From: Lama guanicoe
Lineage: Eukaryota
Assembly: GCA_013239625.1 (NCBI GenBank)
Contig: MU054693.1
Location: 9,432,443 to 9,496,442 of the forward strand
Direction: 5' to 3'
Length of the DNA stretch: 64,000 nt
The translations under genes were made by a program, and so were the position numbers. Positions 62,701 through 64,000 of the stretch are shown in pieces. Each line of letters begins with the position of its first letter. Position 1 is the first letter of the stretch. Below the pieces are notes generated by a model that saw only the letters and a list, made by a program, of their open reading frames with translations, was not told where the DNA came from and did not search any database.

Positions 62701-63559
62701 CTTCCCCATGGATGATGAATAATATCCATCTGTAGCTCTTAGCACATTGTGTGGCACAAAATAAGCATAGAGATTCAATAAGTTATCTGTTGAATTGAAA
62801 ATGAATTAAATTATAATATTTTAAAAGAAAGCCACGAATTCCTCTTTCATGGCGAGAAAAGTAGTAGAGGTTAGAGAGCAAACGGGCGAGTCTGGTGGCT
62901 GGAAGAGTTTCCCAGCAACCCTTTCCATCACAATGATGGTCCTGACCACAGCTGGGAGACGGAGTTCTGGGTCAGAACGTCTGATGTCCCCTGTGTCAAT
63001 CAGACACATCTTCCGACCTTCACTGAGCTCTCCTCCCAGGAGGTCAAACCGGCTTCCTGATGTGCATGAGTGAGTATAGAAATCCAGAAATCAACTTTGA
63101 AACCAGGCCTTAAATGCCTTCTGCGATAAATAATTGAAAGGTCCTGTAGGTTTTTTTTTCCCTTTTCCTTTGAATCAAAAGAGAAATAATGTGAGATCAA
63201 AACCCCCAGAAGAATATGAAGAAAAATATTCAGAGAAAGATATGGGTGCTTGGAATAGAAAACATCTTCTTTGCCCAAGAATCAAAAGAAGCTCCCAGTT
63301 TATCAGACATTTCCACGTGGGCTGCAGCACATTGGGATGAGAATGAAAGCGTAGCAGTGAATTGTAGGTCATTAGACTGGAAAGTCAGCTGAAATGAAGC
63401 TAAATCTTGTCTTTCCTTGGAGACAGACACATTTGAAAAAGATGTGTTCAATTTATGACTTTCCTAATTTGTTTTCCCACGTTTGGGATCGACAGATACC
63501 GTACTTGGCCTGATAAAAAGCAGAATCTTTAGATGAAAAGTATTCTCTACTTTGAAAAG

Positions 63560-63945
63560 TGCCTTCATTTGTATCACCTTCTAGGATCCTTATCACAAGG
63601 ATCATACATCCCTTTCAATGTAGGAAAGGTTAGTATTATTCATCCCATTTTAAAGAGGATAAAATTGAGGCTCATTGTGGTGTATTCATGCATTGAGTGT
63701 GATACAGCTGGTGAGGGCCAGAGCTGAAATTCTAGTAAAATCTTTGGCCCTCTGTTTTTTCAAAAATAAAAGATAAAGGATAAATGCCGATATAGGCTCA
63801 AATTTTCAACTTTTTCAGTTGGGTGACTTTGAACAACTAATTTTACCTCCACTTTGCTCATCTGTAAAATTGGGATAATAAGTTAAAAGACTTTGGTGAG
63901 AATGAAGTGAGATAATAATGTACGTAAAATGCTTAGTTGAGGAAA
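63560..63945. mobile_element. Head-to-head MIR pair (minus 63560-63740; plus 63790-63945)
   Basis: atcccattttaaagaggataaaattgaggctc; ctcatctgtaaaattgggataata...gagataataatgtacgtaaaatgcttag. Confidence 0.7.
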
Positions 63946-64000
63946 TGAGGTACCCTACTCACTAGAAATCTGCTTCCCTGTCCAAGTGCTGAACGGATTG

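Overview
Mammalian non-coding genomic DNA, most likely from a camelid: two tRNA-Ala-derived SINEs have the structure of the camelid vic-1 family. It appears to be a draft short-read assembly, with five N-gaps, four of them inside L1s. I find no protein-coding exon, structural RNA gene or CRISPR-like array. The only ORFs with recognisable homology are decayed LINE-1 ORF2 C-terminal fragments. The window is a large intron or gene desert. It is filled with old MIR/L2 fossils, hAT and Tc-mariner MITEs (MER20B, MER58, MER94, MER103, MER104, MER117 and MER33-like), MaLR LTRs, 5'-truncated L1s and five solo retroviral LTRs whose TG..CA ends and target-site duplications (TSDs) can be read directly. 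The most notable structure is a cluster of three different same-strand solo LTRs at 40.95-42.85 kb. It holds a MER41-like LTR with an intact GAS motif, an ERV1 LTR with GC boxes, and a young CpG-rich 362-bp LTR (5-bp TSD) carrying three NRF1-type motifs plus AP-1/ARE and YY1 motifs, followed by a strong splice donor. Other motif-level signals are a consensus CTCF site, a perfect DR3/double-NBRE, a PBX-HOX/HOX13 cluster and a perfected hairpin inside a MIR. Repeat family names come from my recall of consensus sequences, not from a search, and boundaries of old repeats are approximate. I see no evidence of a new multi-gene system.
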